Assembly: GCA_024401855.1 (NCBI GenBank)
Contig: JAKSKH010000002.1
Location: 31,589 to 95,588, forward strand
Reading direction: 5' to 3'
Source of the DNA: Bacteroidales bacterium
GTDB lineage: Bacteria > Bacteroidota > Bacteroidia > Bacteroidales > UBA932
DNA length: 64,000 nt
Made by a program: the position numbers and the translations under genes. Below are positions 19,873 to 29,039 of this stretch, piece by piece. Position 1 is the stretch's first letter. Every line of letters begins with the position of its first letter. Below the pieces are notes generated by a model. The model was not told the DNA's origin and made no database searches. It worked only from the letters and a program-made list of their open reading frames with translations.

Positions 19873-20598
19873 TTACATTTCATCTCCGTGTCCGGACCTG
19901 TCCGCCACCTTCCTGAACAACCATTCCCTTGTGGAGAACTTGGAATCGGACAGTGCCCTGATTTCTTTTATGTCATTTTCCCCGAGGACAATTTCCGTAT
20001 CATTTCCCGCCATTATCTCATGAAGGGCGTTCTGCAGTTCGTCGAGGTTACGGAACTGCGGCAGGTAGTCCTTGAGGTTGGTCACCCGGCTTCTGACCGA
20101 GGCTATCCCTTTCTGCGTGAGTTTGCTTGAAGGCGTGTCCAGAGCTTTTGTAAGAGTCTCTATGTCCACATCGTACATCAGCGTTCCATGCACTATCTCC
20201 CTGTCTTTCCATATCCGCCTGGCATAACCCGAGACCTTCTTCCCATCTACGAAAATATCGTTGCGCCCGCTGAGCCGCGCATCAACTCCGAGGGTTCGCA
20301 GCGCATTCACGAAAGGAGTGCTGTCCGCATTGTGGCCTATGATGCTGTAGTTCATGTTCTGCAGGTCGTGATAAACAGCTCCACCCCCGGTGACTCTTCT
20401 GGCCAGGGTTATTCCGTGTTTCTCTATGTATTCTATGTTGACTTCTGCCTCGGCGTCCTGATTCAATCCTATTATTACGGATGGCCTGTTTCTCCACAGG
20501 TAGAATACGGGCACGCTGACATCCAGATGCTCAAGGCACCATTCGTCAAGTGCCATATTGAAATGCGGATCGGTGGAATTGTTGATCAGGTATCTCAT
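19873..20598 (-). CDS. lplA: Lipoate-protein ligase A family (catalytic domain only)
   Basis: FNMALDE, RRVTGGGAVYHD, GRNDI, KKVSG, HGTL, SVRSRVTN. Confidence 0.9.
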   Translation of the reverse strand: MRYLINNSTDPHFNMALDEWCLEHLDVSVPVFYLWRNRPSVIIGLNQDAEAEVNIEYIEKHGITLARRVTGGGAVYHDLQNMNYSIIGHNADSTPFVNALRTLGVDARLSGRNDIFVDGKKVSGYARRIWKDREIVHGTLMYDVDIETLTKALDTPSSKLTQKGIASVRSRVTNLKDYLPQFRNLDELQNALHEIMAGNDTEIVLGENDIKEIRALSDSKFSTREWLFRKVADRSGHGDEM

Positions 20599-21710
20599 TA
20601 CAGGTTTACAGTCAGTTCGGTGTCAAACATATAGCTTGGATCGTTCCGTTCTTGAAGGGTTTTCCTCAGAGTTTCCGCTTTCCGTCTCAATCTGCCCTTG
20701 AACAGTGTTTTTTCTCCATATTTCACCGTTACTTCCTTGTTAAGGTTCAATATCTTGTCATTCAAATAAATTGTTAACGAAGTATAGTTACATTCAGAGA
20801 TATTTATTGTGTTTCCTTTGACTTCCAGACAAAGTTTCTTTCCTTTGACCGCCTCGTTTTCCGGAACCTTCAGCCAGTAGAACATAGTACGTCCGACCTC
20901 TTCCTGACGCCATACTATTTTTGTTGGGTATGGGTTCCTGATATACTGAGCCATCCATGGCAATGCCACGCTGTCCCGGAGTTCCATCCAATGACCTTTC
21001 CCTTCCACGACATGCCAGTCGTGCACGTATCCTTCCGGGTCATCGGTCTGCAGCTTGTCCAGTTCCTTACCCCTTGCCGCCACCTCATGGTTTCTGTTGT
21101 ATGCGCCATCATTCTCTCCAACCCATATGGTGAAGGGCATATTCCTGACATTCAGCAGAGAAACGTCCCCCGGGTGCCCGGCCATCATTGCCGCGGATGC
21201 CCAATGGTCAGCCATGCGCGGCGCGAGTCTCCACACCCCGTCTCCTCCTGCGGAGTAGCCCATGATATAAACCCTGTCAGGATTGACATCGTGCAGAACT
21301 ACCATGGTCTCTATCAATTTTTCGAACAGGTCGTCTATCGGGGCTTGAAACCACATGTCCCAGGTATTCCAGGGAGCCCGCGGGCAGAGATAGATTCCTT
21401 CGGACGGTCTGTAAAGTTTCTTCTGGTTTTCCCACTGGGAATCGTTCATCTGCGCTGTGGTGCCGCCACCTCCGTGCAGCGAAATCCACAGACTCCTTCC
21501 TCCTTCGGGCCTGGCTCCGAAAACGGTGAAGGTATATTTCAATGTATCGCCGTTTATGCTGATCTCGGAATTTTCATCAATTTCCCGCAGTTCCGCCGCT
21601 TTGGCCGAACGCCATTCCTTTATTATCTCCTCTCTTGATTTCATGTAATCCTGAGCGCCGGAAACAAGGCAGACAGCAAGCAGAAGGACTGAAGTGCAGA
21701 TTCTTTTCAT
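20598..21710 (-). CDS. Exported alpha/beta hydrolase (esterase/peptidase)
   Basis: LHGGG, GYSAGG nucleophile elbow, GEND, GKGH. Signal peptide from MKRICT at 21710; the ORF track starts at 21731. Confidence 0.8.
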   Translation of the reverse strand: MKRICTSVLLLAVCLVSGAQDYMKSREEIIKEWRSAKAAELREIDENSEISINGDTLKYTFTVFGARPEGGRSLWISLHGGGGTTAQMNDSQWENQKKLYRPSEGIYLCPRAPWNTWDMWFQAPIDDLFEKLIETMVVLHDVNPDRVYIMGYSAGGDGVWRLAPRMADHWASAAMMAGHPGDVSLLNVRNMPFTIWVGENDGAYNRNHEVAARGKELDKLQTDDPEGYVHDWHVVEGKGHWMELRDSVALPWMAQYIRNPYPTKIVWRQEEVGRTMFYWLKVPENEAVKGKKLCLEVKGNTINISECNYTSLTIYLNDKILNLNKEVTVKYGEKTLFKGRLRRKAETLRKTLQERNDPSYMFDTELTVNL

Positions 21711-21791
21711 ATCCGAAGTTTTTATTGTCATACAAATTTAATAAGATTTTAATTGTATATTCGCTCCTGATAGAAAATATAACATCAGCTT

Positions 21792-24700
21792 ATGAAGAGA
21801 TTCCTTTTATTTGTTTTTCTGTTTTGTTCCGTTGTCCTGGGCGCTCAGGAAAGGGAAAGTGTCTGGCCCGCAGGCAGGATGCCTGATGCCCAAAGACATC
21901 AGATAGCTGCAATGACTTATGAGGCGGATGCACCCGGTTTTGATGCCGACGCCCACCGTATTGCTTATCTGGAGTGGTATGAAGCCCCGTCAGAACCGAA
22001 TGGAGGGTGTATGATTCTGATCTCGGGCGGCAGCTATCAATGTTGTTGCGATGACAGGTTGATCAAACTGTGGCGCGATACTTTCACCGGGCTTGGATTC
22101 CAATGCGTCAATTTTGTATACCGCACTCCCCGTCCGGAGGGACTTCCGATCTACCAGACAGCATGGGAAGACGGTCAGAGAGCTGTAAGGATGGTCCGCA
22201 GCGAGGCGGAACGCAGGGGTTTCGACCCGGAGAAGATAGGCACGATTTCCATGTCTGCCGGATCCCACCTTGCCCTTCTGCTTGCTACGAGTTCCCAGAC
22301 TCCTGCATATGGAAAGATAGATGCCATTGATGAAGTGCCCTGTCACATAAACTGGGCGATAGTCAACGCTCCGGCCTACGTGACTACCGACGGGCAGAAC
22401 GGGGACCCGGCTGAAAGGCTCGGTGTAGGGCCTGACGTAAAAATATCGGATGTCTTCAAGTTTGATGAAAAGACCTGTCCGGTCAGCCTTCACCATGGTG
22501 GAGAGGATCCGTACACCCCTATGGGTTCCACGCTCGTATACCGTCAGCTCCGCAAGATGGGGGTGCCTGCCGAACTCCATCTGTATCCTGGAAAGGGACA
22601 CGGTGCCTTCGGTCTTGAAAGAGGAATAGAATTCATAAATCAGATGGAGTTCGTGAAGCCCCTTGAACCTGAGGTTGCCATTGTTGAGCGTTATGCCGAT
22701 GACTGGGACAGGATAGACAAGATTACCGAGGACATATGGCCCGAAGGCAGGATGCCCTATGCAGATGAGGATCAGTGCCACCCCTATATAGAATGGAACA
22801 TACCGAGAGGCCGCAAGACAGATGCCGTGCAGATAATCTGGTCCGGCGGCTCCTATATGGGCAACGATCCCGACGGTTTTGAAGTGGCTCCTGCAAGACG
22901 CTACCTCAATGCACGGGGAATGACTGTCGTGACTTTGAAATACCGTACCCCCCGTCCTTCCGGAGAGAGCGGACTTGCCAAGCACGTGACGGCATGGCAG
23001 GATATCCAGCGAGCTGTCCGCCTGGTCCGCAGCGAGGCGCGCTCGCACGGGTGCGACCCGAATCAGATCGGCATTATGGGAAGCTCCGCCGGCGGTCATC
23101 TTGCAATGATGGGCGTCACTTCCTCCATGCAGCAGTCGTATGCCCCCATAGACGAGATAGACAAACTTCCCTGCAATGTGCAGTGGGGAATAGGCATTTA
23201 CCCCGCTTATGTCCTTTCAGACGGTTTTGACGATGTGAATGCCGGCAAGGGAAACAGCGATGAATACTACATCGCACCCGAATTCAATTTCGACAAGGCT
23301 ACGGCTCCCATGCTTTTCATTCACGGCGATTCTGACGGCTATTCTTCAATGGGCTCCGTCCGGGCGTGGGAAAAAATGCGCAATATGGGCGTACAGAGCG
23401 AACTGCATACGCTTGCAACACGCAACCACTGCTTTCAGAGAATCGCTTCTCCCGGAACGGGAAGTTACAGCTGGCTTGACCGTATAGGTGAATTCCTGGA
23501 CGAAAGGCTTGACGACTGGTGGGGGCACTATACTGCTCCCGAAGACCCTGCGGTACTGGCCAAACTGGATAAATGGCAGGACCTTAAGTTCGGTGTGATA
23601 TTCCATTGGGGCCTGTATTCGATTCCGGGAATTCTGGAATCATGGGCGCTATGTTCGGAAGAATGGACGTGGTCCGGGCGTGCAAATACAGGAATGCCTA
23701 TTGACCGGTTCAGAACCTGGTACTGGGGTTTGAAGGATGAGATGAATCCGACGGAATTCGATCCTGCGGCATGGGCTGACATAATGAAGGATGCAGGGAT
23801 GAAATACATGGTGTTCACAACCAAGCATCATGACGGTTTCTGTATGTTTGACTCCAAATATACAGACTTCAAGATTACAGAAAGTCCTTTTGGAAAGGAT
23901 CCGAGGAGCAATGTGTCGAAGGAAGTGTTCAATGCGTTCCGTGACAGGGGTTTCATGATTGGAGCCTATTTCTCCAAGCCGGACTGGCATTGCACTGATT
24001 TCTGGAATCCCCGTTTCTCGGCTCCGGACAGATTCCAGAATTATGACAGGAATCTACATCCGGACTGGTGGCGTTCATATGTTGATTACACAAAGAACCA
24101 GATGAACGAAATCACTTCCGATTATGGCAATATAGACATAATGTGGCTGGATGGAGGTTGGATTCCGGGCACAGACGTTGAACTCGGAGATGTTGTCAAG
24201 GGAGCCCGTGAGCGTAATCCCGGTATCATTTTCGTGGACAGGGCCTGCCGCGGTGAGTTTGAGAACTATCAGACCCCCGAGTGCACCATCCCTCCGTGCC
24301 AGTTTGATTTCCCTTGGGAGACCTGTGACGTGCTGGCAAGCTGGGGATGGGTGAACGATCCCGTTTACAAGAGTGCGGACAAAGTTATTTCCAACCTGAT
24401 AGAGGTCGTCGCCAAGGGTGGAAACTACCTTCTTGGCATAGGCCCCAGACCTGACGGGACAATTGATGAAGGGGCCCGGACTATTCTCTCCGCAGTCGGT
24501 GACTGGATGAGGAAATACGGCAAGGCCATATATAATACCCGTATTGCCAGGAATTACAATGACGGCAAGGTATGGTTCAATGCAGATAAGGATGGCAGGA
24601 CCCTTTACGCCCTGTACTCCTATGACGGAAGCGGAAGCATGCCTTCCACCATCGAGTGGACAGGAAATGTCCCCGCAGGAAAGATGATCCTGCTCTCTAC

Positions 24701-24803
24701 CGGTAAAACCGTCCGGTACAAGGTTTCAGGGGATAAAGTGAAAGTGACTCTGCCCGCTGGAATGCCGGCAGAGTCATTCGCGCTCTCTTTCTGCACACGC
24801 TGA
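21792..24803 (+). CDS. Fusion of two alpha/beta-hydrolase (carbohydrate-esterase-like) domains and a GH29 alpha-L-fucosidase
   Basis: Two homologous esterase units (SMSAGSHL; GSSAGGHL), then GH29 motifs KFGVIFHWGLYS, TTKHHDGF, WLDGGW; signal peptide. Confidence 0.88.
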   Translation: MKRFLLFVFLFCSVVLGAQERESVWPAGRMPDAQRHQIAAMTYEADAPGFDADAHRIAYLEWYEAPSEPNGGCMILISGGSYQCCCDDRLIKLWRDTFTGLGFQCVNFVYRTPRPEGLPIYQTAWEDGQRAVRMVRSEAERRGFDPEKIGTISMSAGSHLALLLATSSQTPAYGKIDAIDEVPCHINWAIVNAPAYVTTDGQNGDPAERLGVGPDVKISDVFKFDEKTCPVSLHHGGEDPYTPMGSTLVYRQLRKMGVPAELHLYPGKGHGAFGLERGIEFINQMEFVKPLEPEVAIVERYADDWDRIDKITEDIWPEGRMPYADEDQCHPYIEWNIPRGRKTDAVQIIWSGGSYMGNDPDGFEVAPARRYLNARGMTVVTLKYRTPRPSGESGLAKHVTAWQDIQRAVRLVRSEARSHGCDPNQIGIMGSSAGGHLAMMGVTSSMQQSYAPIDEIDKLPCNVQWGIGIYPAYVLSDGFDDVNAGKGNSDEYYIAPEFNFDKATAPMLFIHGDSDGYSSMGSVRAWEKMRNMGVQSELHTLATRNHCFQRIASPGTGSYSWLDRIGEFLDERLDDWWGHYTAPEDPAVLAKLDKWQDLKFGVIFHWGLYSIPGILESWALCSEEWTWSGRANTGMPIDRFRTWYWGLKDEMNPTEFDPAAWADIMKDAGMKYMVFTTKHHDGFCMFDSKYTDFKITESPFGKDPRSNVSKEVFNAFRDRGFMIGAYFSKPDWHCTDFWNPRFSAPDRFQNYDRNLHPDWWRSYVDYTKNQMNEITSDYGNIDIMWLDGGWIPGTDVELGDVVKGARERNPGIIFVDRACRGEFENYQTPECTIPPCQFDFPWETCDVLASWGWVNDPVYKSADKVISNLIEVVAKGGNYLLGIGPRPDGTIDEGARTILSAVGDWMRKYGKAIYNTRIARNYNDGKVWFNADKDGRTLYALYSYDGSGSMPSTIEWTGNVPAGKMILLSTGKTVRYKVSGDKVKVTLPAGMPAESFALSFCTR

Positions 24804-24807
24804 CCTG

Positions 24808-27795
24808 TTACAGCAATTTGAGTGAAATCAGGAATTCGCCCTGCTTGAGGCCGTTGCCCCAGGCACGGGCGTATCCCAATGACAAGGTGGTCTTCATGTG
24901 TGTGAAGAACACCATCTGTATATTCATCTGCGCCCCCGCTCCCAGATAGTTGCCTCCATCTGTAAGAAGGTCGTTGCAGAACATGCAGAATTGAATGTAG
25001 TTGGGATAGCATTGCAGGAAACCTATATTCTGGAACCTGATGGGGCAGAAGTCGAGTTCTCCTGTGAACTTTCCGAAACTGTGAGCCTTGATCTGGTCTA
25101 TCCTTACACCGGGGAATGCATTTGATGCGCGGAAACGGTTGATTGTGCCGCAGTCCACATAGTTGTTCCGGAATCCACCGAAGTAATAGTTTCCCAGTGC
25201 TGAGTTGGCGTCTCCGAAAGAATGCCCCGCCGCAGTCCTCAGCCAGAATGAATTATGCTGACCGACGGGAAGAAGGAACCCGAAGTCTCCGCTGAAGTCT
25301 ATGGATGGATATAATCTTCCGTCTGCAAGATATGTATAGGCATTGGCTGATAAAGTGTATCCCTGCTCTCCATCGACAAAGCCTATGGTTCTTCTCACTT
25401 TTTCAAGACCTGCATAAACGTTCGCTGTCTGGAACGAGGTTATTCCTTTGTCAACTTCAATCTCCTGATAAAGGGGGAGGGCGTCCATGTCTCCGTAATG
25501 TGCCAGGGAGGCACCCCAGTTCCAAGTGAATGGAGCCTGAATCTTATTGGTGTAATCGTATGCCAGCGAAACCTGATATCCTTTTCTTGAACTTCTCCTC
25601 GGACCGAACAGATCGTAGAAGTTGGTCGGGTTCCAGGCGGCTTTCAAAGTCCAGAATCTGTATTTTACATCTGCGCTTACGTGGAATCTGTTTTTCCATG
25701 CATTGTTGCTCCATGGGGAGGTGCCGACAAACAGATTTGCGGAAAACATGGAAAGGGGATCATAAAAAGACATCCTCGCTCCTAGAACCGGAGTCATGCT
25801 GTTCCATGCATTCTTGTCGGTAAAGCCGCTGATGTCCGGGTAGATTCCCTGAAAACCGGCTTCTTTCAAGGGTTTGTAGACTGAAATGGAATCATAAACC
25901 TCTCCGAAGGAAATGTGGTTCGGTTTGTTTTCATCATTGGCCAGCCCGGCAAGCCCGGGGTTGGCCTCAAAGGCTTTCTGACCAAGAAATTCCACACTGT
26001 TGGCATCGTGCAGTTCCTTGTATCCGAATGTGACAGGAGTCATACCTTCTGAAGAATATTCAAGGGCATATACTCTGTTGTCGGAAGCCAGGTAAGGTGC
26101 GAATATTCCCGTCTGGACGTTGGTGACCAGATTCAAATCTCCGGATTGGATGTCATATGACCATACGTTGGGAACACCGGTGTAATAGCTGAATCCAACA
26201 AGTTTGCTGTCATCCGCACTGAATCGGAACTGGCTCAGGTTGGAGTCTTCGAAACTGTTCAGGACAGTGTATTCCCCTGTTTCGTTTTCAAGGTCTTCGG
26301 TGTTGAACATCACCAGAGTATGCTCTCCTTTGAATCCCTGAACAGCAACTGTCAGATGCCTTCCGTCGTGCGAAACATCAAGGTCGCTCACACTCGTCCC
26401 GAACGGGAAAGTGTGGATTACGGTCTTGTTTTCAAGGTCTCTGTCATATTTTACCAGCAGACAAATGCCCTGATTGCTCATAAGTCCGTACAGACAGTCA
26501 TTCACGTTGTCGTAGCAGATGTCACCCACTCTCTGATACTTCATCCTTTTGACAACCTTTCCCTTGTCGAGATCATACACCACCAGACCTCTTATCTTTC
26601 CATTGCGGTCTGTCCATATCAGCCTCTGCCCTTTTTTGTCATATGCAAGATAGGCAGGATGATACATACGGCTGCCATCGATGTATGAGAGCCTTTTCCT
26701 GTCAGTTATCGTTTTTCCGTCCGTACTCAGTTCCAGCCTGTCTATCTGAGGGAAATCTCCCATTTGTGAAACAGCCGCGTACATGACGTGATTGTCTTCG
26801 TCCAGAATCATCGGAGAAACCGAGCCGAGATTTTCTTCAGTAAGTTTTGCGGTCTCTGTCAGGGGATATTCCGCAATTTTCTCAAGATTCTGACTTTGAT
26901 GCTCTTTCTCGAACTGCCCCCATTGTGTCCAGACATCGCGAAGCTTGCTCCCGTAGATATTCTCAAACTGGTTTACGTAGGATCTTCTGCTGTCGTCGGT
27001 CCTGTTGTAGAATTGAATGAGCTTGTCGTAGCCGTATTCGTAGGCAAGGTAGTTGATGAAACGTGTTCCGTACAGGTATGCCGTTGAACCCTGTTCCACA
27101 TCGGAAGTGGTGCCTTCCGTTTCAAGTCCAACTACGGAGAAGAAATCTTTTCCGTCTTTAACCCGGGTCCTGAAATATGCTTCGTCGTATCCGCCAAGTG
27201 CCCGGCCCACTCCTCCGCTGAGCCAGGTTTCCATAAAACAGGCTATTCCCTCCTGGTACCACCTTGGTGCATACCACCTTGGCGCATCCAGGTAACTCCA
27301 AAGTGCGCTTAAAGGGTATTGCGGATTCACAACCACTTTGTTCCTTGTGAAATTCCTCCACCGTCTGTCTTCCGCTCCGGCTTTATCTGTAGCGACAATA
27401 TGGGTATATTCGTGCTTGAACAGAAAATCGAACTTTTCCGTTGACGCAGATGGAAAATATGATTTGTTGATAGGTGCAAGGCTTATCTGCAAGGCTGTGT
27501 GCGGAATGGCTATAACTCCCGCATTGCCGTCATCGGCGAAATCCGTCAGAAGCATGTACGGAATCTCCGTAGGCAAACCTCCCCATATCTGTCTGTGCAA
27601 CGACCTGGCCTGATCATATTTCCGGATGAGGTTCGGAATATAATGAGACTGGTTCTTGTCTACGAAACATACATAAGCGCTGTCGCTTTTGTACTTGTAG
27701 ATTGTCTGCGCGCCAATACACGTGCTGTGGGCCATGGATATTATCCACAGCCCACAGACAAGTGTTATGATTCCTGATGTTCTAGTTTTCAGCAT
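24808..27795 (-). CDS. Exported zinc metallopeptidase (HExxH) + beta-propeller + probable outer-membrane beta-barrel (Omp85-like)
   Basis: Signal peptide; HEYTH at aa 128-132 and PRWYQEGIA (E182, gluzincin-type third ligand); TolB/WD40-like repeats (VSHDG, FSADDS); C-terminal third made of amphipathic beta-strands. Confidence 0.75.
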   Translation of the reverse strand: MLKTRTSGIITLVCGLWIISMAHSTCIGAQTIYKYKSDSAYVCFVDKNQSHYIPNLIRKYDQARSLHRQIWGGLPTEIPYMLLTDFADDGNAGVIAIPHTALQISLAPINKSYFPSASTEKFDFLFKHEYTHIVATDKAGAEDRRWRNFTRNKVVVNPQYPLSALWSYLDAPRWYAPRWYQEGIACFMETWLSGGVGRALGGYDEAYFRTRVKDGKDFFSVVGLETEGTTSDVEQGSTAYLYGTRFINYLAYEYGYDKLIQFYNRTDDSRRSYVNQFENIYGSKLRDVWTQWGQFEKEHQSQNLEKIAEYPLTETAKLTEENLGSVSPMILDEDNHVMYAAVSQMGDFPQIDRLELSTDGKTITDRKRLSYIDGSRMYHPAYLAYDKKGQRLIWTDRNGKIRGLVVYDLDKGKVVKRMKYQRVGDICYDNVNDCLYGLMSNQGICLLVKYDRDLENKTVIHTFPFGTSVSDLDVSHDGRHLTVAVQGFKGEHTLVMFNTEDLENETGEYTVLNSFEDSNLSQFRFSADDSKLVGFSYYTGVPNVWSYDIQSGDLNLVTNVQTGIFAPYLASDNRVYALEYSSEGMTPVTFGYKELHDANSVEFLGQKAFEANPGLAGLANDENKPNHISFGEVYDSISVYKPLKEAGFQGIYPDISGFTDKNAWNSMTPVLGARMSFYDPLSMFSANLFVGTSPWSNNAWKNRFHVSADVKYRFWTLKAAWNPTNFYDLFGPRRSSRKGYQVSLAYDYTNKIQAPFTWNWGASLAHYGDMDALPLYQEIEVDKGITSFQTANVYAGLEKVRRTIGFVDGEQGYTLSANAYTYLADGRLYPSIDFSGDFGFLLPVGQHNSFWLRTAAGHSFGDANSALGNYYFGGFRNNYVDCGTINRFRASNAFPGVRIDQIKAHSFGKFTGELDFCPIRFQNIGFLQCYPNYIQFCMFCNDLLTDGGNYLGAGAQMNIQMVFFTHMKTTLSLGYARAWGNGLKQGEFLISLKLL

Positions 27796-28879
27796 TGTTG
27801 AAGCCGTTTACTGATCCTTCGAAACCGTTTACTGCTCCACCGAAGCCGTTGACTGCACCGCCGAAGCCATTTACTGATTCTTCAAAACCGTTTACTGCTC
27901 CACCGAATCCGCAGATGATATCGCATACCACGTTGATTGCTCCACCAAATCCGTTTACTGATTCCTCAAAACCATTGACTGCACCGCCGAATCCATTGAC
28001 TGCGCCGCCGAAACCGTTTACTGCTCCACCGAAGCCATTGACTGCTCCGCCGAAACCATTTACTGACTCCTCAAAACCGTTGACTGATCCTTCGAAACCG
28101 TTTACTGCACCACCGAAGCCATTTACTGACTCCTCAAAACCGTTTACTGCACCACCGAAGCCGTTGACTGCACCGCCAAAGCCGTTAACTGCTCCACCGA
28201 ATCCGTTTACTGACTCCTCAAAACCGGCAAGTTTCTCTCCCCAGAATTCCATTTCGCTCTTGGAATTGTTCAGAACTGCATCCTGCATGCAATATACTGA
28301 CCATTCCGCAATCAGTTTTGCTACAGAAGCGCTTTCTTCTTCTGATTTTCCATTGATGTATGATGTGGCATTTTCTACGAATGCCTTGCCAATGGCAAGC
28401 TGGTTCTCAATTTTCTTGAATCCGACGAAAACGTTGTTTGACACCTGCTCATATTCCGGGGCCTTTTTTCCTTCCGCAAGTTTCTCAACACCCGAAACCG
28501 CTTTGTTGATAGAGTTCATGGTATTTGCAGCTTTTGCGTTGAGAGATTTCACCGGAGCGATTGCAGACTCAAGCTCGGGAATTCCGGCACAGACCTCAAG
28601 AGTCCTTGCAGTGAGGTTTTCCAGATTCTCCACACGGTTTTCAAGCAATGCATAGGCGTTCTTGGTAAGATGCAGGAAAGCTGTGTCATTCTGAATCTTT
28701 TCCTCGAGAGCGGATACCTCGGGATCTTCCTTTACATTATTATAGCGGGTCGCTTTTGAAATGTCTCCGCTGAGAAGGTCGCTCTGTGAATTGTTAGCGT
28801 TGAAGAGAAAACTGGCTCCGAATCCTACCAGTGCCGCAAGCACAAGGTAAATTGCAAAATTTGAATTTTTAACGTACAT
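27782..28879 (-). CDS. Exported/membrane-anchored protein with 21 C-terminal tandem heptapeptides (GFGGAVN/GFEESVN/GFEGSVN)
   Basis: Hydrophobic N-terminal segment, helical middle region, 147-aa repeat tail. Likely start ATG 28879 downstream of a -7 box (track start 28924). Stop overlaps the next gene by 14 nt. Confidence 0.85.
   Translation of the reverse strand: MYVKNSNFAIYLVLAALVGFGASFLFNANNSQSDLLSGDISKATRYNNVKEDPEVSALEEKIQNDTAFLHLTKNAYALLENRVENLENLTARTLEVCAGIPELESAIAPVKSLNAKAANTMNSINKAVSGVEKLAEGKKAPEYEQVSNNVFVGFKKIENQLAIGKAFVENATSYINGKSEEESASVAKLIAEWSVYCMQDAVLNNSKSEMEFWGEKLAGFEESVNGFGGAVNGFGGAVNGFGGAVNGFEESVNGFGGAVNGFEGSVNGFEESVNGFGGAVNGFGGAVNGFGGAVNGFGGAVNGFEESVNGFGGAINVVCDIICGFGGAVNGFEESVNGFGGAVNGFGGAVNGFEGSVNGFNNAEN
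27785..28225 (-). repeat. 21-bp-period tandem repeat, 21 units, protein-coding
   Basis: Units such as CCGTTTACTGCTCCACCGAAG, CCGTTGACTGCACCGCCGAAG and CCATTGACTGCGCCGCCGAAA. Differences among same-peptide units are synonymous on the minus strand. Confidence 0.95.
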
Positions 28880-28921
28880 GATATAAAATGTTTTTTTGTT
28901 TTTTGTTGTCCGATGACAATG

Positions 28922-29010
28922 CAAAGGTAGGCAAATGCAAATCTCTTTTCCTAATAAATTGTGGCGTTGGGAAGTATTTTTGTGAACTTGTTATCTTTTT
29001 TGTAGTTTTG
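28922..29010. promoter_or_regulatory. Divergent promoter pair for the repeat-protein operon (minus) and the AraC gene (plus)
   Basis: Plus strand: TTTG(28979-82)-N20-TAGTTTTG(29003-10). Minus strand: TACCTTTG at 28929-28922 with a degenerate TTAG -33 box 21 nt upstream. Confidence 0.6.
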
Positions 29011-29039
29011 GGAAACGGTTTGTTGGTTTGTGAATCATT

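Noticed and set aside
27785-28225. Possible CRISPR array
   Set aside because: Units are contiguous 21-mers with no unique spacers, lie in a coding frame, and no cas genes are present.
27795-28655. 286-aa plus-strand ORF with KPFTAPP repeats
   Set aside because: Shadow of the minus-strand repeat gene. Variation is synonymous for the minus-strand peptide but changes residues (F/L, K/N) here, and it has no targeting signal.
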